A stretch of DNA of 64,000 bases from an uncultured Gemmatimonadales bacterium (GCA_963798085.1 CAWCRS010000007.1:32001-96000), one strand, 5' to 3'; shown: positions 10,831 through 21,765, numbered from the stretch's first letter. Program-made: numbers and translations. Notes: a model not told the origin generated them from the sequence alone.

Positions 10831-13583
10831 ATGATCCGAGGTTCCCGCGAAGACCCGGCCTCGGCTGTTTCTCATTGACGGCTACGCGCTCATCTACCGT
10901 GCATTCTTCGCGCTCATCAGTCGTCCGCTGACAACGACGAAGGGCGAAAACACTTCGGCCGCGTACGGCTTCGCGCGCTTCCTGCTGAAGGTACTGCGCG
11001 AGCACGAGCCGGATTACCTCGTGATCGTGCTGGATGCCGGTTCCAGCCAGCGCAGTACGGTGTACCCGGCGTACAAGGCGACGCGCGAGAAGATGCCGAC
11101 CGATCTGCGGGCATCGCTGCCGCGCATTCGCCAGCTGATGGACGCGTTCCGCTTCCCCATCATCGAGCTGAAGGACCATGAAGCCGACGACGTGATCGGC
11201 ACGCTGGCGAAGAAGGCGGCGGCCGCCGGCGTAGAGGCCGTGATCGTCTCGGGCGACAAGGACTTCTACCAGCTGATCGGCCCAAACATTGCATTACTCA
11301 ATCCGGGTCGTGGCGGTCAGGCCAATGTCGAGGAGGAGTGGGTCGACACCTCCAACGCGGCCGAGCGCCTGGGCGTTCCACCGGAGCGCGTCGTCGACTA
11401 CCTCGCATTGATCGGCGATTCGTCGGACAACATTCCGGGCGCGCGCGGCGTCGGGCCCAAGACCGCGCTCCAGCTGCTCGACCAGTTCGGCAGTGTGGAT
11501 GCGGTCCTTGAGCATCGCGGCGAGATCACAGCCAAACGCGCGCGTGAGGCGCTCGAATGCTGCGGCCGACGACGTCCGGCTTTCCCGCGACCTCGTGACC
11601 ATCAAGGCCGATCTGCCCGTCGAGCTGGACCTCGATCGGCTTCGCATTCCGGAGCCCGATCGCGCCAAGCTGCGTGACATCTTCGTCGAGCTGGAGTTCC
11701 ACTCGCTCGCCAGGGAACTGGGCGAACAGGAGAAGCTGCCCGTCAGTCTGGACCGCAGCTATCGACTGGCCGATACCATGGACGCCGTGATCGAGATGGT
11801 GACAGCCGTGCGCGCCGCCGGCCGTGTTGCCATCAATGTCGAGGGCTCCGACTACGACGCCATGCGCGGCAGCATCGTGGGCATCGGCATGGTCGTGCGT
11901 CCGGGCTACGGCTTCTACCTGCCGTTTGCGCACCGCACACCGGGCGTTCTCGACCTGGATGGCGTGCAGGTCCGCAACCTGCCTGCGCTCGCATCGCCCG
12001 CGATGCGCCCGCTGATCGAAGTGCTGGAGGATCCCGCCATCGCCAAGATCGGCCATGACCTGAAACGCGACGTGCTGCTGCTGCGCGGCGCTGGCGTCAC
12101 ACTGCGCGGATTCGACTTCGACACGCAGGTCGCGTCCTATGTAATCGATGCCAGCCGCCGCGAGCACGAGAGCCAGTCGCTCGCGCTGCAGCATCTCGGT
12201 CATCATCGCAAGGGCCGCGACGAGGTGACAGGCAAGGGCAGGGAAGCACAGCCCATCGCTGAAATCGACGTGCGCACCGCGGGTGACTGGATCACCGAAG
12301 ACGCCGACATTGCACTCCGGCTTCATGCGCTGTTCGAGCCGGAGCTGAAGCGCTCCGCCCTGGAAGGTCTCTACCGCGATATCGAGATGCCGCTCATTCC
12401 CGTGCTCGCGGACATGGAGTGGGAAGGCATCCGCATCGATCTGCCGTTCTTCCAGAAACAGCACGTCAAACTGGAGCGGGACCTGGGCCTGATCGAGGAG
12501 GAGATCTACAAGGAGGCGGGCGAACAGTTCAATATCAATTCCACGCCGCAGCTCCGTGCGATCCTGTTCGACAAGCTGGAGCTTCCCGTACTGCGCAAGA
12601 CGAAGACCGGCGCATCGACAGACGCCTCGGTGCTGGAGGAGCTGGCCGCCGCCGGGCATCGTCTGCCCACACTGATCCTCGAGTTCCGCCAGCTGGACAA
12701 GCTGAAGGGCACGTACGTCGATGCGCTGCCCCTGCAGGTCAATCCACGCACGGGCCGCATCCACACCAGCTTCAGCCAGACGGTGGCGGCGACCGGACGG
12801 CTTTCCTCGAGCGATCCGAATCTGCAGAACGTCCCCATCCGCTCACAGACGGGCGCCGAGCTGCGCAAAGGCTTCGTACCGGCGGACGGCCACCTGTTCC
12901 TGGCCGCGGATTACTCGCAGATCGAGCTGCGCATCCTGGCGCACATGTCGGGTGACCCGGTGATGACAGAGGCGTTCACCAGCGGCATCGACGTGCACCG
13001 CCAGACTGCCGCGCTGATTTTTGGAACGCAGATCGACCAGGTCAGCGCGGACATGCGCGCTGCTGCCAAGACCGTCAATTTCGCGACCATCTACGGCATC
13101 GGTCCCTTCGCGCTGTCGCAGCAGTTGAACACCAGCGTCGCGGAAGCCAAGGCGTTCATCGCGCAGTATTTCGAACGGCTGCCGGGCGTGCGTCGCTACC
13201 TCGACGAGCAGATCGAGAAGGCGAAGTCGCTGGGCTACGTGGAGACGCTGTCGGGGCGCCGTCGCTACATCCCGGAACTGCGTGCGCAGAACTGGAACAT
13301 CAGACAGTTCGGCGAACGCGCCGCCACCAACGCGCCCGTGCAGGGAACGGCTGCGGACATCATCAAGATCGCAATGATCCGCATTCATCAGGCCTTCGCA
13401 CAGCGCGCGCTGACCGCGCACATGCTGCTGCAGGTGCATGACGAACTGCTGTTCGAGGTGCCGCGGGCCGCCATCGATGAGACGCGACAGCTGGTCGTCG
13501 AGCTGATGGAGGGTGCGTTCCCGCTCAATGTGCCGCTGGAAGTGGCCACCGGCGTGGGCGAAACCTGGTATGACTGCAAGTAG
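10831..13583 (+). CDS. polA: DNA polymerase I (frame breaks right after the ATG at 10831 and near 11560)
   Basis: RLFLIDGYALIYRAFFA and EADDVIGTLA 5'-3' exonuclease motifs; TGRLSSSDPNLQN, DYSQIELR, AKTVNFATIYG and QVHDEL polymerase motifs. Confidence 0.97.
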
Positions 13584-13968
13584 ACCCGCCTTCGGGGACG
13601 TACCCTCGAACCGTCACCTGCGCTTCCGACTGATCGAGCGATCAGAGCGGCACGGCATCGTCGCTATGGATGCGGCCCCGGAATTCGAGCAGGAAACCGG
13701 CGTAGTGCACGGCGGCATCCTCACCTCCCTCGCGGACACGGCGGCCGTCTACTGCTTCATGCCGGACCTGGGCGATGGCAATGCCATGGTGGGAGTGGAG
13801 CTGAAGATCAACTTCCTGCGGCCGGCGCTGCCGGGTAAAGGCGAAATCCTTGCGCGGGCCACCGTGCTGCGCAGGGGAAAGCGGCTTGGCGTCTGTGAAG
13901 TCGACGTCAGCCAGGGCGAATCCCATGTTGCCCGCGGTCTCTTCACCTACCTGTTCACGTCCCGCTGA
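13570..13968 (+). CDS. PaaI family (hotdog) thioesterase
   Basis: GVVHGGILTSLADTA and ELKINFLRP motifs; start overlaps polA end. Confidence 0.88.
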   Translation: MTASRPAFGDVPSNRHLRFRLIERSERHGIVAMDAAPEFEQETGVVHGGILTSLADTAAVYCFMPDLGDGNAMVGVELKINFLRPALPGKGEILARATVLRRGKRLGVCEVDVSQGESHVARGLFTYLFTSR

Positions 13969-13989
13969 CAGACGGTACGAATCACACGA

Positions 13990-14283
13990 TCACACCGCAG
14001 TCGAGACGGAGTCCGTCACGGCTGCCGGCTCAGTCGGTGCCGTGGCGTCATTGCTGACTTCTACGAAACGGGCCCAGTCGGTATCGACGATGATGGTGCG
14101 GCCCGTCTCCGTTTCCAGCACGAGGATCGAGCGCGTGGCGCGACGGCAGCGCACCACGTCCCCGACTTCCAGCCCGAGGCCGTAACACAGGTCCTGCAGG
14201 GTGTGGAACAGGATGCGTTCGATGCGCACAGTTTCCGAGGGACCTACATCGGCCAGGGAACGGACGGTCACGAGGATGGACAT
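13990..14283 (-). CDS. Small FeoA-like (SH3-fold) protein
   Basis: SLADVGPSETVRIERI...LCYGLGLEVGDVVRC...ARFVEV pattern; GGAGG RBS upstream. Confidence 0.55.
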   Translation of the reverse strand: MSILVTVRSLADVGPSETVRIERILFHTLQDLCYGLGLEVGDVVRCRRATRSILVLETETGRTIIVDTDWARFVEVSNDATAPTEPAAVTDSVSTAV

Positions 14284-14368
14284 TGAGCCTCCTGGCAATG
14301 AAAAACGGCATCATGCAGGAACCGCACCCGGCAGGCCGTCATGCCCGCGGCCCGCGCTCGGTTCCCGC

Positions 14369-15319
14369 TTACGACTGCTGAACGAGACGCAGCATGCGTG
14401 TACGTGTGACTTCGTCGGGCAGCGGTCCGCGCAGCGCGCCCATGTTGTCCTCGAGGTGGTGGGGATCCGACGTCGCCGGGATGACGCAGGTGACGGCCGG
14501 GTGCGCGACGATCCACTTGAGGAAGAACTGCGCCCACGAGTGCGCGCCGCATTCCGCCGCCCAGTCCGGCAATGCACGTCCGGCCACTGCCCGGAAGAGT
14601 CCACCCTCGGCGAAGGGTCGGTTCACCAGAACCGCGACGCCGCGCTCCTTGGCCAGCGGCAGCAGTCGCTGATCCGCCTCCCGCTCCGCGAGCGAGTAGT
14701 TCAGCTGCACGAAGTCGAGCGGCTGTGTGGACAGGATCCGCTCGAGTTGCGTATAGGCTCCCACCGTGTAGTGCGTGACACCGACGTACCGAATGCGCTT
14801 TTCCGCTTTCCATGCGTGCAGCGTCTCCAGCTGAGTCTCGACATCCAGCAGATTGTGCACCTGCATGAGGTCGATGGGCTCCGCGTGCAGGCGGCTGAGC
14901 GAAGTGCGCATCTGCTGGATGCCACTCTCGCGTCCCTGCGTCCACACCTTGGTGGCGAGAAACAGGCGGGGCCGGAGTGAAAGCTCCGCTACCAGGTCGC
15001 CAACCACGGCTTCGGCACGGCCGTACATGGGCGACGAGTCGATGACCGCGCCACCCAGCGCCGAGAAGCGGCGCACCACATCGCGCAGCGGTGCCCTCTC
15101 GGCAGCGCCCGTGCCCACATCGAAAGTCTGCCACGTCCCCAGCCCGATCGCCGGGATGCGTTCGCCGCTCGCGTGAATCGGGCGCAGGAGCGGCGCGTCC
15201 GTCTGTGCGCCGTCGCCGCCGGCGTGCACGCGCTGCGCCAGGCTCAGTCCGACCGCGGCGGTAATTCCGCGCGCCAGCAGATCGCGTCGCGTGATGTCGC
15301 GCGCTGCGCGTGCTTCCAT
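14369..15319 (-). CDS. Aldo/keto reductase with Tat signal
   Basis: TRRDLL twin-arginine; IGLGTW, IDSSPMYG, LATKVW, DLMQVHN, IPATS. Confidence 0.92.
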   Translation of the reverse strand: MEARAARDITRRDLLARGITAAVGLSLAQRVHAGGDGAQTDAPLLRPIHASGERIPAIGLGTWQTFDVGTGAAERAPLRDVVRRFSALGGAVIDSSPMYGRAEAVVGDLVAELSLRPRLFLATKVWTQGRESGIQQMRTSLSRLHAEPIDLMQVHNLLDVETQLETLHAWKAEKRIRYVGVTHYTVGAYTQLERILSTQPLDFVQLNYSLAEREADQRLLPLAKERGVAVLVNRPFAEGGLFRAVAGRALPDWAAECGAHSWAQFFLKWIVAHPAVTCVIPATSDPHHLEDNMGALRGPLPDEVTRTRMLRLVQQS

Positions 15320-15570
15320 CCGTGGCTCTCCTCGAAGGTGCCGGCGCTCCGCAACGCGCGCGCGGCCAGAGCGTAGAGGCGGAGCACCGTTCTGGTATCA
15401 GGCGACACGTCCGCCTCCGCTCCCGTCGTTTCCGCCATCGTTCCTGCCAGGGCTGGCGACGCGGCGGATGGCTCTGCTGCCGACGAGCCGGCACTGGCGG
15501 GCGTGACCGGTGCGGCCGTAGCATTGGCCACGTCATTCCTCTCATACCCCAGACCGGGCACGCCCTGTTC

Positions 15571-16152
15571 ATGAGTGACGCGAAATCCCGCCGTTCGTTC
15601 ATAGAGGCCGCAGGAATAACGGGCGCCGCCTTACTCCTCGGTGACGCGGTCAGGGTGCGTGAAGCCCTCGCCTGGGCGGTGCAACGGCGGCAGGCGCCGC
15701 CGCCACACCGCTACCTCTCGCTCACGCCAGGGCAGGCCGCGGATCTCGAGGCCGTGGCGTCGCGCATCATGCCCTCCGACGACACGCCGGGCGCGAGGGA
15801 CGCGGGTGTCATTCACTTCATGGACCGCGCGTTCACGACGTTCGCGGCGCCGCAGAAGCACATCGTCGACAAGGGCCTCGCCGACCTGAACAGACGCGTG
15901 CGCAAGCGCTGGAAAGGCACATCGTCGTTTGCCGCGCTCGCTCCCGCGCAGCAGGACGAAGTGCTGCACGAAATCGAGCGGCAGGATTTCTTCCAGGGCG
16001 TGCGCCAGCTCACACTGTTCGGCATGTTCGCGGACCCGTCCTGGGGTGGCAATCAGGACGATGCCGGCTGGAAGCTGATCGGCTACGATCATCAGCCCCT
16101 CTATCGACCGCCCTTCGGCTGGTACGACGCCGAAGCCAATCGGGGAGGCTGA
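15571..16152 (+). CDS. Gluconate 2-dehydrogenase subunit 3 family protein (Tat)
   Basis: SRRSFI Tat motif; IMPSDDTPGARDAGVIHFMD and GMFADPSWGGN...GWKLIGY. Confidence 0.9.
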   Translation: MSDAKSRRSFIEAAGITGAALLLGDAVRVREALAWAVQRRQAPPPHRYLSLTPGQAADLEAVASRIMPSDDTPGARDAGVIHFMDRAFTTFAAPQKHIVDKGLADLNRRVRKRWKGTSSFAALAPAQQDEVLHEIERQDFFQGVRQLTLFGMFADPSWGGNQDDAGWKLIGYDHQPLYRPPFGWYDAEANRGG

Positions 16153-16155
16153 CCC

Positions 16156-17805
16156 ATGCGCGAACCGCATCCAGCCGTTCGCTTTCCGCTGAGCGAGACC
16201 GTCGACTTCGTGATCGTCGGGTCGGGCGCTGCGGGCGGCATCATCGCCAAGGAGCTGTCCACCGCGGGCTTTTCCGTCGTCGTACTGGAGCAGGGACCTC
16301 GCCTCACGGAGTCGCAGTTCCAGCACGACGAGCTCGGCTACTTCATCCTGTCCCAGGTGGGCTAACAGCCCGGACAAGCAGCCGCAGACGTTCCGCGCAT
16401 CACCGACCGACAAGGCCCAGCCCGCGCAGGGCGTCATATACGGCCGCATGGTGGGCGGCAGCAATGCGCACTTCACTGCGAACTTCTGGCGCATGCGGCC
16501 CGATCGACTTCCATGAGGCGAGCACATTGGGCGGCGTGCCGGGCACCGGGCTCGTGGACTGGCCCATCACCTATGAGGAACTGGAGCCTTACTACACGAA
16601 GGCGGAATGGGAGCTCGGTGTGTCCGGTGTGCCCGGACCGTTCGATCCGCCACGCTCGAAGGGCTATCCCATGCCGCCACTGCCCGTGAAATCATCCGGC
16701 GTGATCTTCGAACGCGGCGGCCAGAAAGCTGGGCTACCATCCGCAGCCCACGCCCATGGCCATCAACTCCGTCGAGTACAACGGGCGGCCCGCCTGCCAG
16801 CATTGCGGCTGGTGTCTCGGCTTCATGTGCGAGTACCGCGCCAAGTCCACATCGATGGCGGCCATGCTGCCGCTCGCCGAGGCCACCGGCCGCTGCGAGA
16901 TCCGGCCGGACAGCTATGTTCGCACGATCGAAACCGACGAGTCGGGTCGCGCCACTGGCGCGATCTATTTCGATGCCGACCGGCACGAGCAGCGGCAGCC
17001 GCGAAGGCCGTCGTGCTCTGCGCCAACGGCGCTGAAACGCCGCGCCTGCTGCTCAATTCCGCTTCCGGCCCGTTCGCGCACGGCTGGCCAATTCCAGCGG
17101 CATGGTCGGCAAGTACTTCATGTTCAACGGCAACTTCGTGCGTTCGGTGTGTTCGAGCACCCGCTCAACGAGTACAAGGCGTGCAGACGACGCGTATGAT
17201 TCTCGATTTCTACGAGACCGATCCGCATCGCGGCTTCTATGGCGGCGGCGGCATCGATGCGCGGTTCAGCAATACCCCATCATCTTCGCCATGGGCGGAT
17301 TGCCGCCGGACGCGCCGCACATGGGGCGCGCCGTACAAGAGCATGCTCGGCGACAACTACAACGCACACGTTCTTCGCCACGCACTCCACATCACTGCCG
17401 CTCGAGTCCAACAGCATCACGCTGGACCCGACGCTGAAGGATGCCTGGGGCCTGCCCGCGCTGCGCGTGACGTACCGCGACCACGAGGACGATCTCAGAC
17501 GCACAGTTCCTGTGGATCGCGCGATGGAAATCCTCGAAGCCGCGGGCGCGAGCGGCATTGGCCCGCGCCCGTCACGCCGCAGACACAGGCCGTGCATCTG
17601 CTCGGCACCTGCCGCATGGGGAACGACCCGCGCACATCGGTCGTGGACCGGTACCACCGCACGCACGACGTGCCGCAATCTCTTCATCTGCGACGGGAGC
17701 AGCATGGTCACCTCGACCCGCGGCCAGCCCACCGAGACCATCTCGGCACTCGCGTTCCGCGCCGGCGACAACATCGCTGAGTTTGCGAAGCGGGGCGAAA
17801 TCTGA
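16156..17805 (+). CDS. GMC family oxidoreductase flavoprotein (several frame breaks)
   Basis: VIVGSGAAGG FAD motif, GRMVGGS, DWPITYEELEPYY, CQHCGWC, HLLGTCRMG, NLFICDGS, PTETISALAFR in shifting frames. Confidence 0.88.
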
Positions 17806-17821
17806 TGGGACTGACCAACCG

Positions 17822-17861
17822 CGTTGCCGGGGCTGGGGCTCGGGCTGGGGCTGGGAAAACG
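17822..17861 (+). repeat. GGGGCT short tandem repeat element (5 G-runs)
   Basis: CGTTGCCGGGGCTGGGGCTCGGGCTGGGGCTGGGAAAACG; related copy at 19483-19509. Confidence 0.7.
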
Positions 17862-18007
17862 GACAACGGAGCAACGGCGTTGCTGGCGCTGGCTGCCCGG
17901 GCGGGTTGCCGGGGAACGACTTCACGTTCCCGAACCTCGCCGTTTCTCCGGTGCCCCTGTGTGATTCTGTTGCCTGGAACCCCGACAATGCGGACGCGGG
18001 AGCCGAA

Positions 18008-19477
18008 GTGCTAACAAGCAGTCAGGAGACCGCTCCGAATTTCATTGGCGGCCAGTGGGTTCTCTCCTCGGCCTCGGAATCCCTGGAGGTGTCGGACCCG
18101 GCCACGGGCGAGAGCCTCGGGCGGACGCCGCTTTCCTCCGCAACTGATGTGGACCGGGCGGTAGCGGCGGCACGCGCGGCGTTCCCGGCGTGGCGGGCGA
18201 CGCCGGTGGTGGAGCGCGTCCGCATTCTGTTCCGGCTGAAGGCGCTGCTCGACCGGGCGCGTGACGAACTGGCGATCACGCTCACCCGCGAGCACGGCAA
18301 GATACTGAGCGAATCGAAGGGCGAGATCCAGCGCGGCATCGAGAACGTCGAGCACGCCTGCGCCATGCCCGTGCTCATGCTGGGCGAAACACTCGAGGAC
18401 ATCGCACCCGGCATCGACTGCGAATCCGTACGCCAGCCTCTGGGCGTGTTCGCCGCGATAACACCGTACAATTTTCCGGTCATGATCCCGCTCTGGTTCT
18501 GGCCGTACGCCGTGGCCAGCGGCAACACCTTCATCCTCAAGCCCAGCGAGCAGGATCCCTTCACGCACCAGGGCATTGTCGATCTCGCAACCGAAGCCGG
18601 ACTGCCGCCGGGCGTGCTGAATGTGGTCCACGGCGCGCATGACGCGGTCAATGCGCTGCTCGATCATCCCGGCATCAACGGCATCTCCTTCGTAGGCGCG
18701 AGTCGCACGGCAAGGATGGTGTATGCGCGCGCGGCGGCCAGCGGCAAGCGCGTGCAGGCGCTGGGTGGCGCCAAGAACCACATGATCGTGCTGCCCGATG
18801 CCGACCTGGATCGCAGCACGGACGCCATGCTCAGCTCGGTGTTCGGATCAGCCGGCCAGCGCTGTCTTGCCGGCAGCGTCATTGTCGGTGTGGGCGACGC
18901 GTGGGAAGGCGTGCGCGAGCGCTTCCTCGATGGCGCGGCCGCGCTCCGCCTGGGCGGCGGTCTCGATGATGGTGTGGACATGGGCCCGCTCGTGTCCGCG
19001 CGTCACCGCGAGCGCGTGCTGGACTACGTGCAGGAAGGCGAGACCGAAGGCGCACACATGCTGCTCGATGGCCGCGCCGCGCGTGTCGACCGCTATCCCG
19101 CCGGTCATTTCCTCGGCCCGACCGTGTTCGAGAGCGTCGAGCCACGCATGCGGATCGGCAGTGAGGAGATCTTCGGACCGGTCGCCGCGCTCAGCCGCGT
19201 GCGCTCGCTCGACAATGCCATCCGCCTCATGCACGAAGTCGAGTACGGCAACGCCGCGTCCATCTTCACCCGCAGCGGCGAGGCGGCGCGCGAGTTCCGC
19301 CACCGCGCCGGCATCAGCATGATCGGCGTGAATGTGGGCGTGGCCGCGCCCATGGCCGTCTTTCCGTTCGGCGGCTCGCGCGCATCGTTCTTCGGCGACC
19401 TGAAGGCGCAGGGCAGCGATGCGGTCGCGTTCTACACGGATCGGCGCGTGGTGATTTCGAGATGGGGAACGGCTTGA
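18008..19477 (+). CDS. mmsA: CoA-acylating (methyl)malonate-semialdehyde dehydrogenase
   Basis: ITPYNFP, LKPSEQDP, QALGGAKNH, AGQRCLA catalytic Cys, EEIFGPV, GVNVGVAAP. Confidence 0.92.
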   Translation: MLTSSQETAPNFIGGQWVLSSASESLEVSDPATGESLGRTPLSSATDVDRAVAAARAAFPAWRATPVVERVRILFRLKALLDRARDELAITLTREHGKILSESKGEIQRGIENVEHACAMPVLMLGETLEDIAPGIDCESVRQPLGVFAAITPYNFPVMIPLWFWPYAVASGNTFILKPSEQDPFTHQGIVDLATEAGLPPGVLNVVHGAHDAVNALLDHPGINGISFVGASRTARMVYARAAASGKRVQALGGAKNHMIVLPDADLDRSTDAMLSSVFGSAGQRCLAGSVIVGVGDAWEGVRERFLDGAAALRLGGGLDDGVDMGPLVSARHRERVLDYVQEGETEGAHMLLDGRAARVDRYPAGHFLGPTVFESVEPRMRIGSEEIFGPVAALSRVRSLDNAIRLMHEVEYGNAASIFTRSGEAAREFRHRAGISMIGVNVGVAAPMAVFPFGGSRASFFGDLKAQGSDAVAFYTDRRVVISRWGTA

Positions 19478-19482
19478 CGACA

Positions 19483-19509
19483 CGTTGCTGGGGCTGGGGC
19501 TGGGAAACG
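19483..19509 (+). repeat. Second GGGGCT repeat element
   Basis: CGTTGCTGGGGCTGGGGCTGGGAAACG, same flanks as the 17822 copy. Confidence 0.65.
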
Positions 19510-19631
19510 ACGTCGCACGTCGCGTAAGGCGCGCTGTCTTAACATGATGTTAGAGCGCGTTGCGTGATGGCGCAGTGCACAATGCGACCGACGAACAACC
19601 CGGATTCGCAAAATCGAAAGCAGGTGATGAC

Positions 19632-20981
19632 ATGGCGACGACGACAGTACCGGTGAGCACGGCGCAGCAGGGAACGACGGCATCGCTGGGGCAGGCGGTG
19701 AAGGCGGGCAACAGACAATTCCTGTTCCCCTGCGAGACGCGGCTCTACGAAGATCCGCTCGTACTGGTGCGGGGCAGCGGCGCATGGGTCACGGACGCCG
19801 AGGGACGCGAGTACCTCGACCTGTTCAGCGGCATCCTCACCACGTCGGTGGGGCACTGCAACCCCGAAGTGGTCGAGCGTGTGTCGCAGCAGCTGGAAAC
19901 ACTGGGCCACACGTCCACGCTCTACCTCTCGGAAAATGAAGTGGAGGCGGCGCGCGCGCTGGCCGCGATCGCGCCCGGCAGGCTGAACCGCACCTTCTTC
20001 ACCAACAGCGGTACCGAAGCCATCGAGACTGCGGTGATGCTGGCGTGCGTGTACACGGGCCGGAGCGACATCATCGCGCTGCGCTACAGCTACTCCGGGC
20101 GCAGTGCGCTGGCCACCAATCTCACGGCGCAGGGCGGCTGGCGCCCGCTTACTTCCTCGCTCTTTGCGGTGAAGCACACGCTCTCACCGTACGCGTATCG
20201 CTGCCCCTTCAGGCAGCCCTGCGATGAAACCTGCACCGACGCCTTCGTGCGCGATCTCGAGGAAGTCATTCTGACGACAACCAGCGGCAAGCCCGCCGCC
20301 TTCCTGGCGGAGACGATACAGGGCGTGGCGGGCTACGTCGTGCCGCCGCCCGGCTACTTCCAGCGTGTGGCCGAGATCATCCATCGCCATGGCGGCCTGC
20401 TCATCATCGACGAAGTGCAGACCGGGTTCGGCCGCACCGGCGACCACTGGTTCGGCATCGAGCACTGGGGTGTCGAGCCCGACATCATGGTGATGGCCAA
20501 GGGCATCGCCAACGGTTTCCCGGTGGGCGCCACCATGACGCGTGACGAAATCGCGCAATCCTGGACGGCCAAGACCATTTCCACGTTCGGCGGCAATCCC
20601 GTGTCCATGGCGGCTACGCTCGCCACGCAGGAAATCATGGTGCGCGAGAATGTGCCGGCGCGCGCCGCCGAGCGCGGCCGTCAGCTGCGTGCGGGCCTCG
20701 AGGCCCTGCAGCAGCGGCACGCGTGGATCGGCGATGTGCGCGGCATGGGACTGATGCAGGCGCTCGAGCTGGTCGAGGATCGGCGCACGAAGACACCCAG
20801 CGGCGCACGCGCGAAGCGCCTGCTCGAAGCGGCCCGCGCCGAGGGCACCCTCATCGGCATCGGCGGCCTGCACGGCCATGTCCTGCGCATCGGCCCATCA
20901 CTGCTCATCACGGAAGCCGAGATGGCGGAGGGCCTCGCCCGCCTGGAACGCGCCTGCCGCCGCGTGGAAAGCGCTGCCTAG
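19632..20981 (+). CDS. Class III PLP aminotransferase (AGXT2 / beta-alanine:pyruvate-like)
   Basis: FFTNSGTEA, IIDEVQTGFGRTG, DIMVMAKGIANG (PLP Lys), TFGGNP. Confidence 0.92.
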   Translation: MATTTVPVSTAQQGTTASLGQAVKAGNRQFLFPCETRLYEDPLVLVRGSGAWVTDAEGREYLDLFSGILTTSVGHCNPEVVERVSQQLETLGHTSTLYLSENEVEAARALAAIAPGRLNRTFFTNSGTEAIETAVMLACVYTGRSDIIALRYSYSGRSALATNLTAQGGWRPLTSSLFAVKHTLSPYAYRCPFRQPCDETCTDAFVRDLEEVILTTTSGKPAAFLAETIQGVAGYVVPPPGYFQRVAEIIHRHGGLLIIDEVQTGFGRTGDHWFGIEHWGVEPDIMVMAKGIANGFPVGATMTRDEIAQSWTAKTISTFGGNPVSMAATLATQEIMVRENVPARAAERGRQLRAGLEALQQRHAWIGDVRGMGLMQALELVEDRRTKTPSGARAKRLLEAARAEGTLIGIGGLHGHVLRIGPSLLITEAEMAEGLARLERACRRVESAA

Positions 20982-21241
20982 GCCGACGTGATGCGGAGCG
21001 GCGAGCCGCCACCGCGCCGCTCCGCATCGGCAGTCCGTCCGAAGCGATTCAATGGCGCACTGCCGAGCCGGGTCGACGGCCGCCGCCCGCCGCGCCGCCA
21101 GCGGACGCGGCGTCCCGCAAGTGACCGTCATTCGCGCGCACAGGGCCGTTTCGTGCGTAAATCCGTGCCGGCCGATCCTGCCATTCTGCTGCCCCGAGTG
21201 GCTGCCGATGTTGGCGCGCACACCCACTCCATGGAGGCACC

Positions 21242-21619
21242 ATGAGTCGATCGATCAACAAAGTGATTCTGCTGGGCAACGCGGGGCGCGATCCGGACGT
21301 CCAGACCACGGGCGGCGGCACCAAGGTGGCGCATCTGTCGCTCGCGACCAGCCGGCGCGTGCCGCGCAACGGCGGCTACGAAGAGCGCACGGAATGGCAT
21401 CGCCTGACCCTCTGGGACAAGCTGGCCCAGCTGGCGGAGGAATACGTGCGCAAGGGAGACCGGCTCTACGTCGAGGGTCGCGTCGAGTACGGGTCCTTCG
21501 AGAAGAACGGGGTCACGGTGCCCACCGCGGAGGTGCGCGTCTACGAGCTGGTCATGCTCGGACAGCCGGGCGGTCGCGCCAGCGAAGAGACGGAGGCGGA
21601 GGAGGAAGCCTTCGCCTGA
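21242..21619 (+). CDS. ssb: Single-stranded DNA-binding protein (short)
   Basis: SINKVILLGNAGRDP, TEWHR, KGDRLYVEGR; GGAGG RBS. Confidence 0.95.
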   Translation: MSRSINKVILLGNAGRDPDVQTTGGGTKVAHLSLATSRRVPRNGGYEERTEWHRLTLWDKLAQLAEEYVRKGDRLYVEGRVEYGSFEKNGVTVPTAEVRVYELVMLGQPGGRASEETEAEEEAFA

Positions 21620-21765
21620 CAGCGTGTTGGGCCGCGGTGGCTGTCCGCCGCCGCGGCCTGCTGTGCCCGGACGGTGCGCGCATCGCGTGCAGCCGGCTGT
21701 GCGCGAACTCACCCGGCCCGGCGCCAGCCGGACGGTGAACGACATCGTCGCCTTCTAACTGGTCG

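Noticed and set aside
15244..15561. Ala/Ser-rich minus-strand ORF upstream of the aldo/keto reductase
   Set aside because: It has a plausible AGAGGA RBS but is low complexity, overlaps the AKR start by about 75 bp and shows no motif; unsupported without homologues
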